Source: Syntrophales bacterium
Lineage (GTDB): Bacteria; Desulfobacterota; Syntrophia; Syntrophales; CG2-30-49-12
NCBI GenBank assembly: GCA_030018935.1
Contig: JASEGZ010000006.1
Location: 2,579 to 66,578 of the forward strand
Length of the DNA stretch: 64,000 nt
Direction of reading: 5' to 3'
The position numbers and the translations under genes are program-made. Under the pieces are notes generated by a model that was given only the letters and a program-made list of their open reading frames with translations, searched no databases and had not been told where the DNA came from. How positions within the stretch are numbered: the stretch's first letter is position 1; each line of letters begins with the position of its first letter. Positions 40,546 to 49,863 of this stretch are shown here, piece after piece.

Positions 40546-41520
40546 GTGATATTAGAGAACAGCAAAATTATGGAAGAGAAGGGTACAGCGATCGTTTTCC
40601 CCGGTCAGGGGTCTCAACGACCCGGCATGGGGAAAGACTTTCACGATAATATTCAAGTCAGCCGGGACACTTACCGGGAGGCTTCCGATGCCCTAAGGTG
40701 GGATGTGGCTGCCATGTGCTTTGGAGAAGATGAGCGGCTCAATCTTACTGAATATACCCAACCCTGTATCCTTACAACTGAAATTGCCATGGTTCGTGGC
40801 CTGTATGCCCTTTACGGTTTTTCACCGGCTCTTTTCGGGGGTCACAGTCTCGGTGAATTTACCGCCCTGGTCTGTGCTGGTGTCCTTCCGTTGGCGGAAA
40901 CCTTACGGATTGTCCAGATTCGTGGTCGTTTGATGCAGGAGGCGGTACCTTTAGGTCTCGGAGGTATGTCGGCGGTTATTGCGGAGGATTTAGATGTAGA
41001 TATTATCCGTCGTACCTTGGTGGAGCTCCCGCTTGATGTGGCGAATGTCAATTCCGCCAATCAGGTAGTGATCAGTGGTAAACTAAAAGCCATGCCCGAG
41101 GCGGAGGCAAGGCTACGGAAGACACTGGGCGGGGATCGGCCGTTTCGCTTCGTTCCCCTCAATGTGAGCGCCCCCTTTCACAGCCGTTTTATGAAACCGA
41201 TTGAGGGGCCCTTTGAGGAGGCGTTCCGGACTTATGGAAGGGGTTTAAATCCCGAAAAGGCAGGGAAGGTAACCTCCAATTATAAGGGGGGATTTCATTC
41301 TGCCCATCACGAGGAAATCCTAAGAAGCATGGTGTCTCAATTAAGTAACACCGTCCAATGGAAGGAAAACATGAAGACACTTGCCCGGCAAGCAGATACG
41401 ATCTATGAGGTTGGTCCCGGCCGTCCTCTCCGGGAGTTTTTCCGGACAATCAATGTAACCTGTTCATCAGTGACGACCCTTTCCGCAGCAGAGCGATTGT
41501 TTGAGGAAAATAGGGAATAA
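40546..41520 (+). CDS. fabD: malonyl-CoA:ACP transacylase
   Basis: VFPGQGSQRPGMG, GHSLGEFTAL, QVVISG. The probable start is the ATG at 40570 (MEEKG...). Confidence 0.9.
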   Translation: MILENSKIMEEKGTAIVFPGQGSQRPGMGKDFHDNIQVSRDTYREASDALRWDVAAMCFGEDERLNLTEYTQPCILTTEIAMVRGLYALYGFSPALFGGHSLGEFTALVCAGVLPLAETLRIVQIRGRLMQEAVPLGLGGMSAVIAEDLDVDIIRRTLVELPLDVANVNSANQVVISGKLKAMPEAEARLRKTLGGDRPFRFVPLNVSAPFHSRFMKPIEGPFEEAFRTYGRGLNPEKAGKVTSNYKGGFHSAHHEEILRSMVSQLSNTVQWKENMKTLARQADTIYEVGPGRPLREFFRTINVTCSSVTTLSAAERLFEENRE

Positions 41521-41526
41521 GATATT

Positions 41527-41577
41527 AAGTCATACGTCTTATGACTTATGACTTATGACTTACGACTTACGACTTAA
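41527..41577. repeat. tandem heptamer array (CTTATGA/CTTACGA), inverted relative to 40400-40482
   Basis: aagtcatacgt cttatga cttatga cttatga cttacga cttacga cttaa. The units are the reverse complement of GTCATAA/GTCGTAA. Confidence 0.9.
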
Positions 41578-41591
41578 TTTCAGGGGGCCAG

Positions 41592-42791
41592 ATGGATTTC
41601 AATCTCACGGATAGCCAACAAATGTATGTCGAACTGGTAAGTAAGTTTGTCAGGAACGAGATAATCCCTTGCGCAATGGTCCTGGAAAGGGATCATGTAT
41701 TTCCCATGGAGATCATCGCCAAGGCGTGGGAGATCGGGATCATGAACCTCTCCATCCCTGAGTCCGTCAAGGGATATGAGGTGGATGTTATCTCCACCGC
41801 AATGATTGTCAAGGAATTGTCTTACGGAGATACAGGTATCGCAACATCAGTAATGTGTAACGATCTGGCAAATGCGGTTGTTGCGCAACATGGTACGGAT
41901 GAACAAAAAGAGGCTTTTCTGAAACCTTTTGTGGAGAGTCCCCTTCTTGCCTCTTTCTGTCTGACAGAACCGGGGGCCGGTTCCGATAACTCTGCCATGA
42001 CGACTTTCATCAGGAAAAGGGACGAGGGGACGTACCTCCTCAACGGTGCAAAATGCTTCATTACCAATGCCTCCTATGCCTCACAATTCACCGTTTTGTG
42101 CAAAGTCGGGAAGCCTACCGGTAATTTTATGGCCTGTGCGATCGTTCCTTTACCACCAACATCCCGCCATGATGCAACTTCCCCTGTTCTCGAAAGTAAA
42201 GAGATCGCTCTTCCCTATGGCGGGAAGATACTCATCGGCAAACCGGAAGATAAATTAGGTCAGCGTCTCTCAAATACTGCCAGTGTGACCTTTGAAGATG
42301 TTGTCATCGAGAATGACCAGATAATAGGCGACAGGAGATTGGGGTTCAAGTATATCATAGATGTTCTTGACTACGCCCGGCCAATGGTAGCGGCAATTGG
42401 TGCAGGCCTTGCCCGGAGGGCCCTGGACATCACACTGGCATACACAAAAGAACGAAGACAATTTGGACAGAGGATCTGTGACCTGCCCATCGCACGGGAT
42501 ACTTTAGTTAAGATGTGGAAAAAAGTTGAACTGGCAGATCTGGCGCTGATAAGGGCAGCCTGCAAGGTTCAGGAAAATGCCCCGGACAGAGGTATCTACG
42601 CCTCTTTTGCCAAGAATGTCGCCGCAGAAGCAGCCCTCTTCTGTGCTAACGAGGGTCTCCATCTCCATGGCGGTTATGGTTTCATCTCAGAATATGAGAT
42701 CTCAAAACTGGCAAGGGATGTTCATATTATTGATATTTATGAGGGTGTCCGGGAGGTCCAAGATATGATCATCGGAAGGGAGATCGTGTAA
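41592..42791 (+). CDS. acyl-CoA (or acyl-ACP) dehydrogenase family flavoprotein
   Basis: FCLTEPGAGSD, HGGYGFISEYEISKLARD, IDIYEGVREVQ. Confidence 0.9.
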   Translation: MDFNLTDSQQMYVELVSKFVRNEIIPCAMVLERDHVFPMEIIAKAWEIGIMNLSIPESVKGYEVDVISTAMIVKELSYGDTGIATSVMCNDLANAVVAQHGTDEQKEAFLKPFVESPLLASFCLTEPGAGSDNSAMTTFIRKRDEGTYLLNGAKCFITNASYASQFTVLCKVGKPTGNFMACAIVPLPPTSRHDATSPVLESKEIALPYGGKILIGKPEDKLGQRLSNTASVTFEDVVIENDQIIGDRRLGFKYIIDVLDYARPMVAAIGAGLARRALDITLAYTKERRQFGQRICDLPIARDTLVKMWKKVELADLALIRAACKVQENAPDRGIYASFAKNVAAEAALFCANEGLHLHGGYGFISEYEISKLARDVHIIDIYEGVREVQDMIIGREIV

Positions 42792-42794
42792 TTT

Positions 42795-43790
42795 ATGCTC
42801 TATCTTCATGGTCTAGGTCATTTTTTCCCAGAAAACATCATTACCAATCAGTTTCTCGAAGAGCTGGATATAGGAACGACCGATGAGTGGATTCTCGAGA
42901 GGGTCGGTATCCGCACCCGCCACACGGTTCTTCCTCTGGATTATATAAAGATGACAAAAAACCGCGATATACGGGCGGCGCTTGAAGCCAGCATGTATAA
43001 TCATGCCCAGATAGGAGCCGCTGCTGCCCGGATGGCCCTTGAGCAGGCTGGAATCAAAAAAGAAGATATCGGGCTTCTCATCTCGGGGAGTTCCGCTCCC
43101 GATAATGTCTCCCCTGCAGAGGCATCTGTCATCGCGGCGGAATTGGAAATCGAAGTCCCCGGCTTTGATATGCACTCGGCCTGTTCGACTTTCGGCATGC
43201 AGATCAATTTCCTTAATAAGATGAAGCCGGAGGCGTTGCCCCCTTTCACCTTAGTGGTTGTCCCGGAAACCAGCACTCTTTGTATGAATTATTCTGATCG
43301 AAGTAGCGCCGTGCTTTTCGGTGATGCGAGCGCCGCTGCTGTCGTATCCACTACCGTCCCTTCACGGATAGCCTGTATTACATCTGATTTTGGTGCGAAA
43401 CCCTCAGACTGGGACAAGGTGAATGTCCCCCGGCTGGACTACTTCCGGCAGGACGGGAATGCAGTGCAGAAATTTGCCATTCGTAAGACGGCGGAATTGT
43501 TACGTCAGTTGTTACCGTCTTTTCCTGTAAAGGCGGAGCGCTTAAAATTTATCGGCCATCAGGCAAATTGGGGTATGCTGCGTACTGTCTGTGAGCTTAC
43601 GGGTATCGAGGAAGATAATCACTGGTCCAATGTGGTGGATTTCGGCAATACGGCGGCGGCCGGCGCCCCCGGTGTCTTGAGCCAACACTGGCATGAACTC
43701 CGCCCCGGGGATTATATCGCCATTATTGTGGTAGGAGCGGGACTTTCCTGGTCTCCTCTAATGCTGAGGGTGGAAGAAGAGACGCAATAG
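42795..43790 (+). CDS. KAS III-type (FabH-like) 3-oxoacyl synthase
   Basis: Cys-His-Asn triad contexts DMHSACSTFG, GHQANWGML, FGNTAAAGAP. Confidence 0.85.
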   Translation: MLYLHGLGHFFPENIITNQFLEELDIGTTDEWILERVGIRTRHTVLPLDYIKMTKNRDIRAALEASMYNHAQIGAAAARMALEQAGIKKEDIGLLISGSSAPDNVSPAEASVIAAELEIEVPGFDMHSACSTFGMQINFLNKMKPEALPPFTLVVVPETSTLCMNYSDRSSAVLFGDASAAAVVSTTVPSRIACITSDFGAKPSDWDKVNVPRLDYFRQDGNAVQKFAIRKTAELLRQLLPSFPVKAERLKFIGHQANWGMLRTVCELTGIEEDNHWSNVVDFGNTAAAGAPGVLSQHWHELRPGDYIAIIVVGAGLSWSPLMLRVEEETQ

Positions 43791-43800
43791 GAGGTGGTTT

Positions 43801-44535
43801 ATGAGCGAGAAACCGGTCGCCATTGTAACCGGCGGTGGCACGGGTATCGGCGCTACATGCTGTCGAGCCCTTGGAAAGGTGGGATTCCGGGTATGCATTC
43901 ACTACCGGGGCAGTGAGGATGAGGAGGGGGCAAAGGCCGTTCTTTCTGAAGTCAGGGATAGTTTTCTTCTCCAGGCAGACCTGACAGATCTCGATCAGGT
44001 GGAAGCGATGGTTTCCCATTTAAAAGGGGCATCAGAGGAGGTTGAAGTTTTAGTCAACAATGCGGGAATTACCATCAATAGCGCAATCAACGGGATGAAA
44101 ATTGCGGAATTCGACGCGCAACGCGCCATGGTACGGGGCGTCTGGTACCTTACCAAACGAATATTGCGTTTATTCTTGCTCCGGAAGAACAGGGGACGTA
44201 TCATAAATATATCCAGTGTCGTGGGACACACGGGTAACGCCGGTCAGATCCCCTACACGATGGAAAAGGCAGCCCTCGATGCCTTTACAAAATCCCTGGC
44301 CAAGGAGTTGGTCGGGCGCAATATCCTGGTAAATTCAGTTGCTCCGGGGTTTATTGATACGGGCATGACGGAACATCTGCCGAAAGAGGTGCGGGAAAGG
44401 GTCCTTGCCGGCATCCCTCTGGGCCGTATGGGACGTCCCGAGGAAGTGGCCGAGGTGGTAGCCTTTCTCGCGACAGGCGCCTCTTACATTACCGGTAGTG
44501 TTATCCATGTAAACGGGGGGCTGTACGGTGGCTGA
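43801..44535 (+). CDS. fabG: 3-oxoacyl-ACP reductase (SDR)
   Basis: TGGGTGIG, NNAG, S...YxxxK (PYTMEKAAL), PGFIDT. Confidence 0.9.
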   Translation: MSEKPVAIVTGGGTGIGATCCRALGKVGFRVCIHYRGSEDEEGAKAVLSEVRDSFLLQADLTDLDQVEAMVSHLKGASEEVEVLVNNAGITINSAINGMKIAEFDAQRAMVRGVWYLTKRILRLFLLRKNRGRIINISSVVGHTGNAGQIPYTMEKAALDAFTKSLAKELVGRNILVNSVAPGFIDTGMTEHLPKEVRERVLAGIPLGRMGRPEEVAEVVAFLATGASYITGSVIHVNGGLYGG

Positions 44536-44577
44536 GGATTTGGTTCCGGCTTGTCCGGGTTAGGGAGTTATTTATAG

Positions 44578-45855
44578 ATGAGAAACAGAGTTGTCGTAAC
44601 AGGCATGGGGGTTGTGGCCCCCAATGCCCATGGTTTAGATAACTTTGAGGCGGCTCTCCGGGAGGGTCGCTCAGGCATTCGATTTTTGCTGGAGCTTGCG
44701 GCATTAAATTTCTCCTGTCAGATAGGTGGTATTCCCCAGGATTTTGAGAGTATCCGGCAGAGATATTTTGACGAGGAAAAACTGCTCTCGATGAATGACA
44801 ATATTGGGTATGCCTCCGTTGCCTCCGTGGATGCCTGGAATGATGCAGGTCTTATCGTACCCGACCCTGAAGGTGAAGTAGTGGATTGGGACACGGGTGT
44901 AATCGTCGGCTCCGGCATCGGCGGCATGGATACGATTGCCAAGATACTTGTTCCCATGGTTAACGAGGGTAAGAGCCGCCGTCTGGGAAGCACCGTTGCG
45001 GAACAGGTCATGCACAGCGGAACCAGCGCCCGTATTGCCGGCTTACTGGCATTGGGAAACCAGGTAACCTCAAATTCCTCCGCCTGTAGTACAGGAAACG
45101 AGGCGATAATAGATGCCACGTGGAGGATCCGTGTAGGGTTGGCCAAACGTATCCTGGCCGGCGGATCTGAAGGGGCGTCTCCCTATATATGGGCCGGTTT
45201 TGATGCGATGCGCGTCATCGCCCGCAAGTTTAACGACCGGCCGCAAGAGGCTTCACGACCCATGAGTGCAACGGCAAACGGTTTTGTCCCCAGCGCCGGG
45301 GCGGCTATTCTTATGCTTGAAGAATTAGAGTGCGCTTTGCAGCGTGGGGCGCGCATATACGCAGAGGTTATTGGAGGATATGTTAACTGTGGCGGACAGA
45401 GGACCGGTGGTTCTATGACAGCTCCCAATCCAGATGGGGTAAGGCGCTGTATCAGAGGCGCTATCGCTGATGCAGGCATTGATGCCCGTCAGATAGACAG
45501 TATTAACGGTCACCTGACTGCCACCTTTGCCGATCCCCTCGAGGTGAAGAACTGGTCAGAGGTCCTGGGACGCGGCCCCGGAGACTTTCCCTATATCAAT
45601 GCCACCAAGTCAGTAATCGGCCATTGCCTGGGAGCAGCCGGGGCTATAGAAAGTGTGGCGGTTGTTTTGCAGCTTTACAAAGGATTCCTTCATCCATCAC
45701 TTAATTGTGAGGATATCCACCCAGACATCGCTTCTTTCTCGGAGAAGGTACCGCGGACATGTATGGAGTTTCCAGCGTTGCGAATCATTGCCAAGGCGGC
45801 TTTCGGTTTTGGTGATGTCAACAGTTGCTTGATTTTTAAGAAATGGGAAGGATAA
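44578..45855 (+). CDS. KAS I/II-type (FabF/FabB-like) beta-ketoacyl synthase
   Basis: Active-site contexts SSACSTGNEAI, INGHLTAT, SVIGHCLGAAGAIE. Confidence 0.9.
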   Translation: MRNRVVVTGMGVVAPNAHGLDNFEAALREGRSGIRFLLELAALNFSCQIGGIPQDFESIRQRYFDEEKLLSMNDNIGYASVASVDAWNDAGLIVPDPEGEVVDWDTGVIVGSGIGGMDTIAKILVPMVNEGKSRRLGSTVAEQVMHSGTSARIAGLLALGNQVTSNSSACSTGNEAIIDATWRIRVGLAKRILAGGSEGASPYIWAGFDAMRVIARKFNDRPQEASRPMSATANGFVPSAGAAILMLEELECALQRGARIYAEVIGGYVNCGGQRTGGSMTAPNPDGVRRCIRGAIADAGIDARQIDSINGHLTATFADPLEVKNWSEVLGRGPGDFPYINATKSVIGHCLGAAGAIESVAVVLQLYKGFLHPSLNCEDIHPDIASFSEKVPRTCMEFPALRIIAKAAFGFGDVNSCLIFKKWEG

Positions 45856-45884
45856 TTTAAAAAAATTTTTACGAGGAGAAAAGT

Positions 45885-46142
45885 ATGGACGAAAAGAAAA
45901 TCTATGAAGAATTAACAAATATTTTGAGACTTTACGCAAAAAATCCAGAAGAGCTTGAAAAAGCTACGAGAGATACCCATATCTTAAATGATCTCAAGGT
46001 AAATTCCGCACGTCTCGTAGATGTTATTATCAAATGCGAGGATGTTTTTGGTATCAGCATAGAAGACGATGAGGCGGATAAAATAAGAACCATAGGAGAT
46101 GCACTGGAGATTATAAAGGGTAAAGTAGAAGTGACTGCTTAA
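45885..46142 (+). CDS. divergent acyl carrier protein
   Basis: 85 aa and acidic. The helix-II context LKVNSARLVDVIIKCEDVFGISIEDDE has a Ser in the phosphopantetheine position, in place of the canonical DSLD. Confidence 0.75.
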   Translation: MDEKKIYEELTNILRLYAKNPEELEKATRDTHILNDLKVNSARLVDVIIKCEDVFGISIEDDEADKIRTIGDALEIIKGKVEVTA

Positions 46143-46251
46143 TATCAGGGTATAATTAAGGCGAAAGTTTTTCGATGTCTCCAAAAATGTTATTAAGCAG
46201 GTATCATAATTCTTTGAAGGATAGTTTGTTTCCGATAAGTTCGGAGAATGG

Positions 46252-47082
46252 GTGATGATGACAAGTGTAACCAAAGGGCTTTTACAACTTCAATATATTC
46301 TGGGTTGGATGGCAATCTTTATCCTTGGCCCACTATATTTCACTGCCATCAAACTGATGAGATACCGGGTGAGGGGCCTCAAGGAACTCAGGCGGGAATT
46401 TTCCCTGCAACTCAAAAAGCATGAAGGTCCATGGATCATCTGTGCCAATCACCTGACGATGGTTGATTCTATGCTCTTAACCTATTCAATTGCATCGTTA
46501 TGCACCCACCTCAGGCATTATCGAGTGCTTCCGTGGAATTTACCGGAACGGGATAATTTTCAGCGGAGCATCTTCCTGACGGTGTTCTGTTACCTGGCCA
46601 AATGTATTCCTATCAATCGCGGCGGCGATCGCAAAGAAATGAAAAAGACACTCGATAAGTGTGCCTACCTCTTGAGGAAGAAGCAGCCTCTGATGATTTT
46701 CCCGGAGGGGGGGCGTTCCCGTACCGGCCGTGTGGATGCGGAAAATTTCTCTTACGGCGTGGGCCGTTTTATCAAGGATGTTGATAATTGTAAGGTTATG
46801 TGTATTTATCTCCGGGGTGACGGTCAGGAGACCTACGGGACAATTCCTAAGTTTGGTGAACGTTTTACCGCGCTCGTGAGTGTCCTCGAACCACAAAAGA
46901 CGGAGCATAGTGGTCTCCGCGCGCAACGATACTATGCCGAGGAAATTATAAAACGCTTGGCGCAACTGGAGGAAGATTACTTTGTCTTACGTGGGCAACG
47001 ATATAGTGGACTTGACCGATGCCGGTGCGAGGGGAAAGAGCCGGAATATACGCTTCGTCAACCGCGTTTTTATTCCAGATGA
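46252..47082 (+). CDS. PlsC-like lysophospholipid/1-acylglycerol-3-phosphate acyltransferase
   Basis: N-terminal TM segment, HX4D box (NHLTMVD) and FPEGGRSRTG. The last ~30 codons overlap the next gene and may not all be coding. Confidence 0.8.
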   Translation: MMMTSVTKGLLQLQYILGWMAIFILGPLYFTAIKLMRYRVRGLKELRREFSLQLKKHEGPWIICANHLTMVDSMLLTYSIASLCTHLRHYRVLPWNLPERDNFQRSIFLTVFCYLAKCIPINRGGDRKEMKKTLDKCAYLLRKKQPLMIFPEGGRSRTGRVDAENFSYGVGRFIKDVDNCKVMCIYLRGDGQETYGTIPKFGERFTALVSVLEPQKTEHSGLRAQRYYAEEIIKRLAQLEEDYFVLRGQRYSGLDRCRCEGKEPEYTLRQPRFYSR

Positions 47083-47662
47083 GCAGAGGCAAATATTTGA
47101 CTCTTCGCATCCCGATATCGTACTCTGGGCTTTGTGGGCCGGTAAGGAAACTGCGTATAAGATTATAAGAAAATCTATCTCTGGCGCTCCTTTCATACCG
47201 TTACTTTATAAAGTAAGCTGCCCAGAAAATTGTAAAAGGGCAGGCAGGTTTCCCCTCGAAAATGACCATATTCCTGGAATTACTGATACACCGTGGGGTA
47301 AAGTTACAATAAGAATCTTCATTACCTGCGATTACATACACTGTATCGGAACCATGGATCTTTCAGGAGGAATAGATTCAGTCGTCTGGAAGGTAGACCT
47401 TCTTCCTCCAGTCGCGGAAGCTATAGCGGAATATGAAGATGAATCGGCCTTTCTGCGTGAAACTATCAGAAGACATCTCTCGGTATTTCTGAATCGGACT
47501 CCAGAAGAAATTGAGATACGGCGTTCCGAAGGCGCCTTAGGCCCCCCCTTCGTATACTTAAAAGATAAGCCTGCCGGGATTGATATCAGTCTAAGTCATG
47601 ACGGCAAGTTTACCGCTTATGCCTTCATAATTTCCGGTGATAAGCTGTTCTCTATTTCTTAA
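46982..47662 (+). CDS. 4'-phosphopantetheinyl transferase
   Basis: VGNDIVDL, WAGKETAYK, ISLSHDGKFTAYAF. The start is uncertain (TTG 46982 or GTG 46991). It overlaps the acyltransferase ORF by ~100 nt. Confidence 0.7.
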   Translation: MSYVGNDIVDLTDAGARGKSRNIRFVNRVFIPDEQRQIFDSSHPDIVLWALWAGKETAYKIIRKSISGAPFIPLLYKVSCPENCKRAGRFPLENDHIPGITDTPWGKVTIRIFITCDYIHCIGTMDLSGGIDSVVWKVDLLPPVAEAIAEYEDESAFLRETIRRHLSVFLNRTPEEIEIRRSEGALGPPFVYLKDKPAGIDISLSHDGKFTAYAFIISGDKLFSIS

Positions 47663-47706
47663 ATTTATCAACTAAGCTTTGTAAACCAGAATTTTACGAA
47701 ATCATC

Positions 47707-48492
47707 ATGATTGCTGCCATAGAACGTTTAGGCGATGCCTCTCTCAACACAACCAGATCATTACGGGATACCATTTCCTTTGCCATGCGGGTCATTTTAA
47801 GGATGTTTGACAGAAAAACTTACAACAGCGCCATGAAGATGGTTCTCATCGATCAGATATATTTTACCTCTGTCCAGATTTTACCTTTATTTATAACTGC
47901 TTCGGTTATCTTTGGTTCACTTTTGACCGGCATCGTTTTTAAAGTTATTAAAGATTTGGGTTTGGTAGAATACTTAGGGCGCATCTTGATGGGTTTTGTG
48001 GTTACAGAAATGTCCCCCTTTATTACTGTAATGCTGATTGCCCTGCGGTCAAGTTCTGCCATTAATACCGAAGTTGCCGTGATGAAAGTCAATAAGGAAT
48101 TAAAAACGTTGGAAGTGTTTAATATTGATGTTATCAACTACCTGTTCTTACCAAGGATCATCAATGGTATGATATCACTTATCTTATTGAGCAGCCTTTT
48201 TTCCATTGTGGTTTTGACAAGCGGTTTATTATTCTCCAGGATTATACTGGGGATGAGTCTGGACGCTTATACCCGTGTTCTATTAACTTCGGTTGATTTT
48301 TCTGATATAATTATTCTCATTTTAAAATGTGCCACCTTTGGCTTTTTTATTACATTACTTCCCATACGATGCGGTATGACTGCTTCCAACGAGTTGACAA
48401 GTATCCCCGTTTCGGTCTTAAATGGGATGGTAAAGGTCTTTATCTCTATCGTGATCATTGAGGTGCTGACATTAATCGCAAGGTCTATTTAA
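47707..48492 (+). CDS. mlaE: MlaE-family ABC transporter permease
   Basis: 261 aa and multi-TM, with typical MlaE/YrbE layout and conserved region (QIYFTSVQILPLFITASVIFG). Confidence 0.85.
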   Translation: MIAAIERLGDASLNTTRSLRDTISFAMRVILRMFDRKTYNSAMKMVLIDQIYFTSVQILPLFITASVIFGSLLTGIVFKVIKDLGLVEYLGRILMGFVVTEMSPFITVMLIALRSSSAINTEVAVMKVNKELKTLEVFNIDVINYLFLPRIINGMISLILLSSLFSIVVLTSGLLFSRIILGMSLDAYTRVLLTSVDFSDIIILILKCATFGFFITLLPIRCGMTASNELTSIPVSVLNGMVKVFISIVIIEVLTLIARSI

Positions 48493-48527
48493 GGCTCTTT
48501 GAAGACAGAGATATACTCAACAGAGAG

Positions 48528-48953
48528 TTGGAAGAATTTATCACAGAAAACAAAGGGCGGCTGGGTTTGGTTTCCCTTGATGCGCCTCTCATCTCGAACC
48601 TTGATGTATGGATCAATATTGCCCTGATCAGGGAGTATCACCAGAATCTACCGAGAACGGAAGCGGAGGATATGGTCTTTGAATATCTGCGAAGATATGG
48701 CATGGAAAACACGGCATATAAAAGAAACTCTGCTTTAACTAACAGAGAGCGGTTTTGTGCGATGCTTTTGAGGGCCGCGATGGTCGCGGATGCCGTCATC
48801 GTGATTGACAGACCTTTTACGATAATACCGGATCTTAAAGATGCCTCCTTTATTGACGAGGCCATAAAAACGAGCGACGATCTGTTTACACAGTGCCATA
48901 TTTTCGACTATACATGGAACAAAGACCGTTACAGGATGAGTGATGCCTGCTAA
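48528..48953 (+). CDS. N-terminally truncated, degenerate ABC ATPase (MlaF position) lacking a Walker A
   Basis: Only the Q-loop-to-Walker-B part is recognisable: RLGLVSLDAPLISNLDVWINIAL, degenerate signature ALTNRERFCAMLLRA, and Walker-B-like VIVIDRPF. The frame is open back to the mlaE stop, but there is no room for a P-loop. Confidence 0.6.
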   Translation: MEEFITENKGRLGLVSLDAPLISNLDVWINIALIREYHQNLPRTEAEDMVFEYLRRYGMENTAYKRNSALTNRERFCAMLLRAAMVADAVIVIDRPFTIIPDLKDASFIDEAIKTSDDLFTQCHIFDYTWNKDRYRMSDAC

Positions 48954-49863
48954 AAAAATTGAATTCAAAGTTGGGTTGTTTATCATTGTGACGACACTAT
49001 TGATCATTGGCTCCTTAGGGTATGTAGCCTATAAAAAGGGAATCTTTGAGGAAGTACATACCTTTACCCTCTCGTCGAAATCGGGCGAAGAACTGACAGA
49101 GGGGATGCCCGTCGTTTTTGCGGGTTTCAAGATAGGTGTTGTCCATAGCTTAGAGCTCAGTGAGAACGGAAGTGTTATTATCAAGATCAGGGTACCGGAA
49201 CGTCACGTCAAGTGGATAAGGTCAGACAGCAGGTTCATCGTCAATAAACCTTTCATCGGTTCCTCCCGTATTGTCGTCTTGACGGATGACTTGGGCAGTC
49301 CTGTGTTGTCAAAGGAAAAAGTGCCAGAGGTGACCACAGCCAGTGACATCAACGAGGCGATAAAGAAACTCCAGCCAATCTTTGAAGAAGTGAATAAGAT
49401 AACGGCAAATGTCGAAAAAGTGACGGCGAATCTGGCTGATCCCCAGGGCGACGTGCGGAAAATTCTGAGAAACTCCGAGCAAATCACCGCTCAAGTTGAT
49501 TCCATCCTTAAAGACGATGTGCGAGAAATTTTGAAAAACTCCGAGCAAGTCACCGTCCGGGTTGATTCCATCCTTCAAAAGGTGGATACGATGGCGGCAA
49601 AGACTGATGAAACGATGTACGGGAAAGAGGGACTTCTGTCCCTGGTGCGCAAAATCCTTGAAGACTTGCTTGTTAAGCTTGGGAGAATAGATGCCGCCCT
49701 TGATAATGTCGTCAAGATCAGCGCTGATACGGCTGACGCCACAACGGATCTTAGACTATTGAGAAGCGAGATCGAGGCGACCGTGAATTCTATTAACGAC
49801 ATGGTAAAGGAATTGAACAGAAAGATACCCTTTAAAGAGAAACCTGAGATAAAACTTCCATGA
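48940..49863 (+). CDS. mlaD: MlaD/MCE-domain protein with an extended helical C-terminus
   Basis: N-terminal TM anchor (VGLFIIVTTLLIIGSLGYVAY), MCE domain (GMPVVFAGFKIGVVHSLEL), and helical repeats in the C-terminal half. Confidence 0.8.
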   Translation: MMPAKKIEFKVGLFIIVTTLLIIGSLGYVAYKKGIFEEVHTFTLSSKSGEELTEGMPVVFAGFKIGVVHSLELSENGSVIIKIRVPERHVKWIRSDSRFIVNKPFIGSSRIVVLTDDLGSPVLSKEKVPEVTTASDINEAIKKLQPIFEEVNKITANVEKVTANLADPQGDVRKILRNSEQITAQVDSILKDDVREILKNSEQVTVRVDSILQKVDTMAAKTDETMYGKEGLLSLVRKILEDLLVKLGRIDAALDNVVKISADTADATTDLRLLRSEIEATVNSINDMVKELNRKIPFKEKPEIKLP

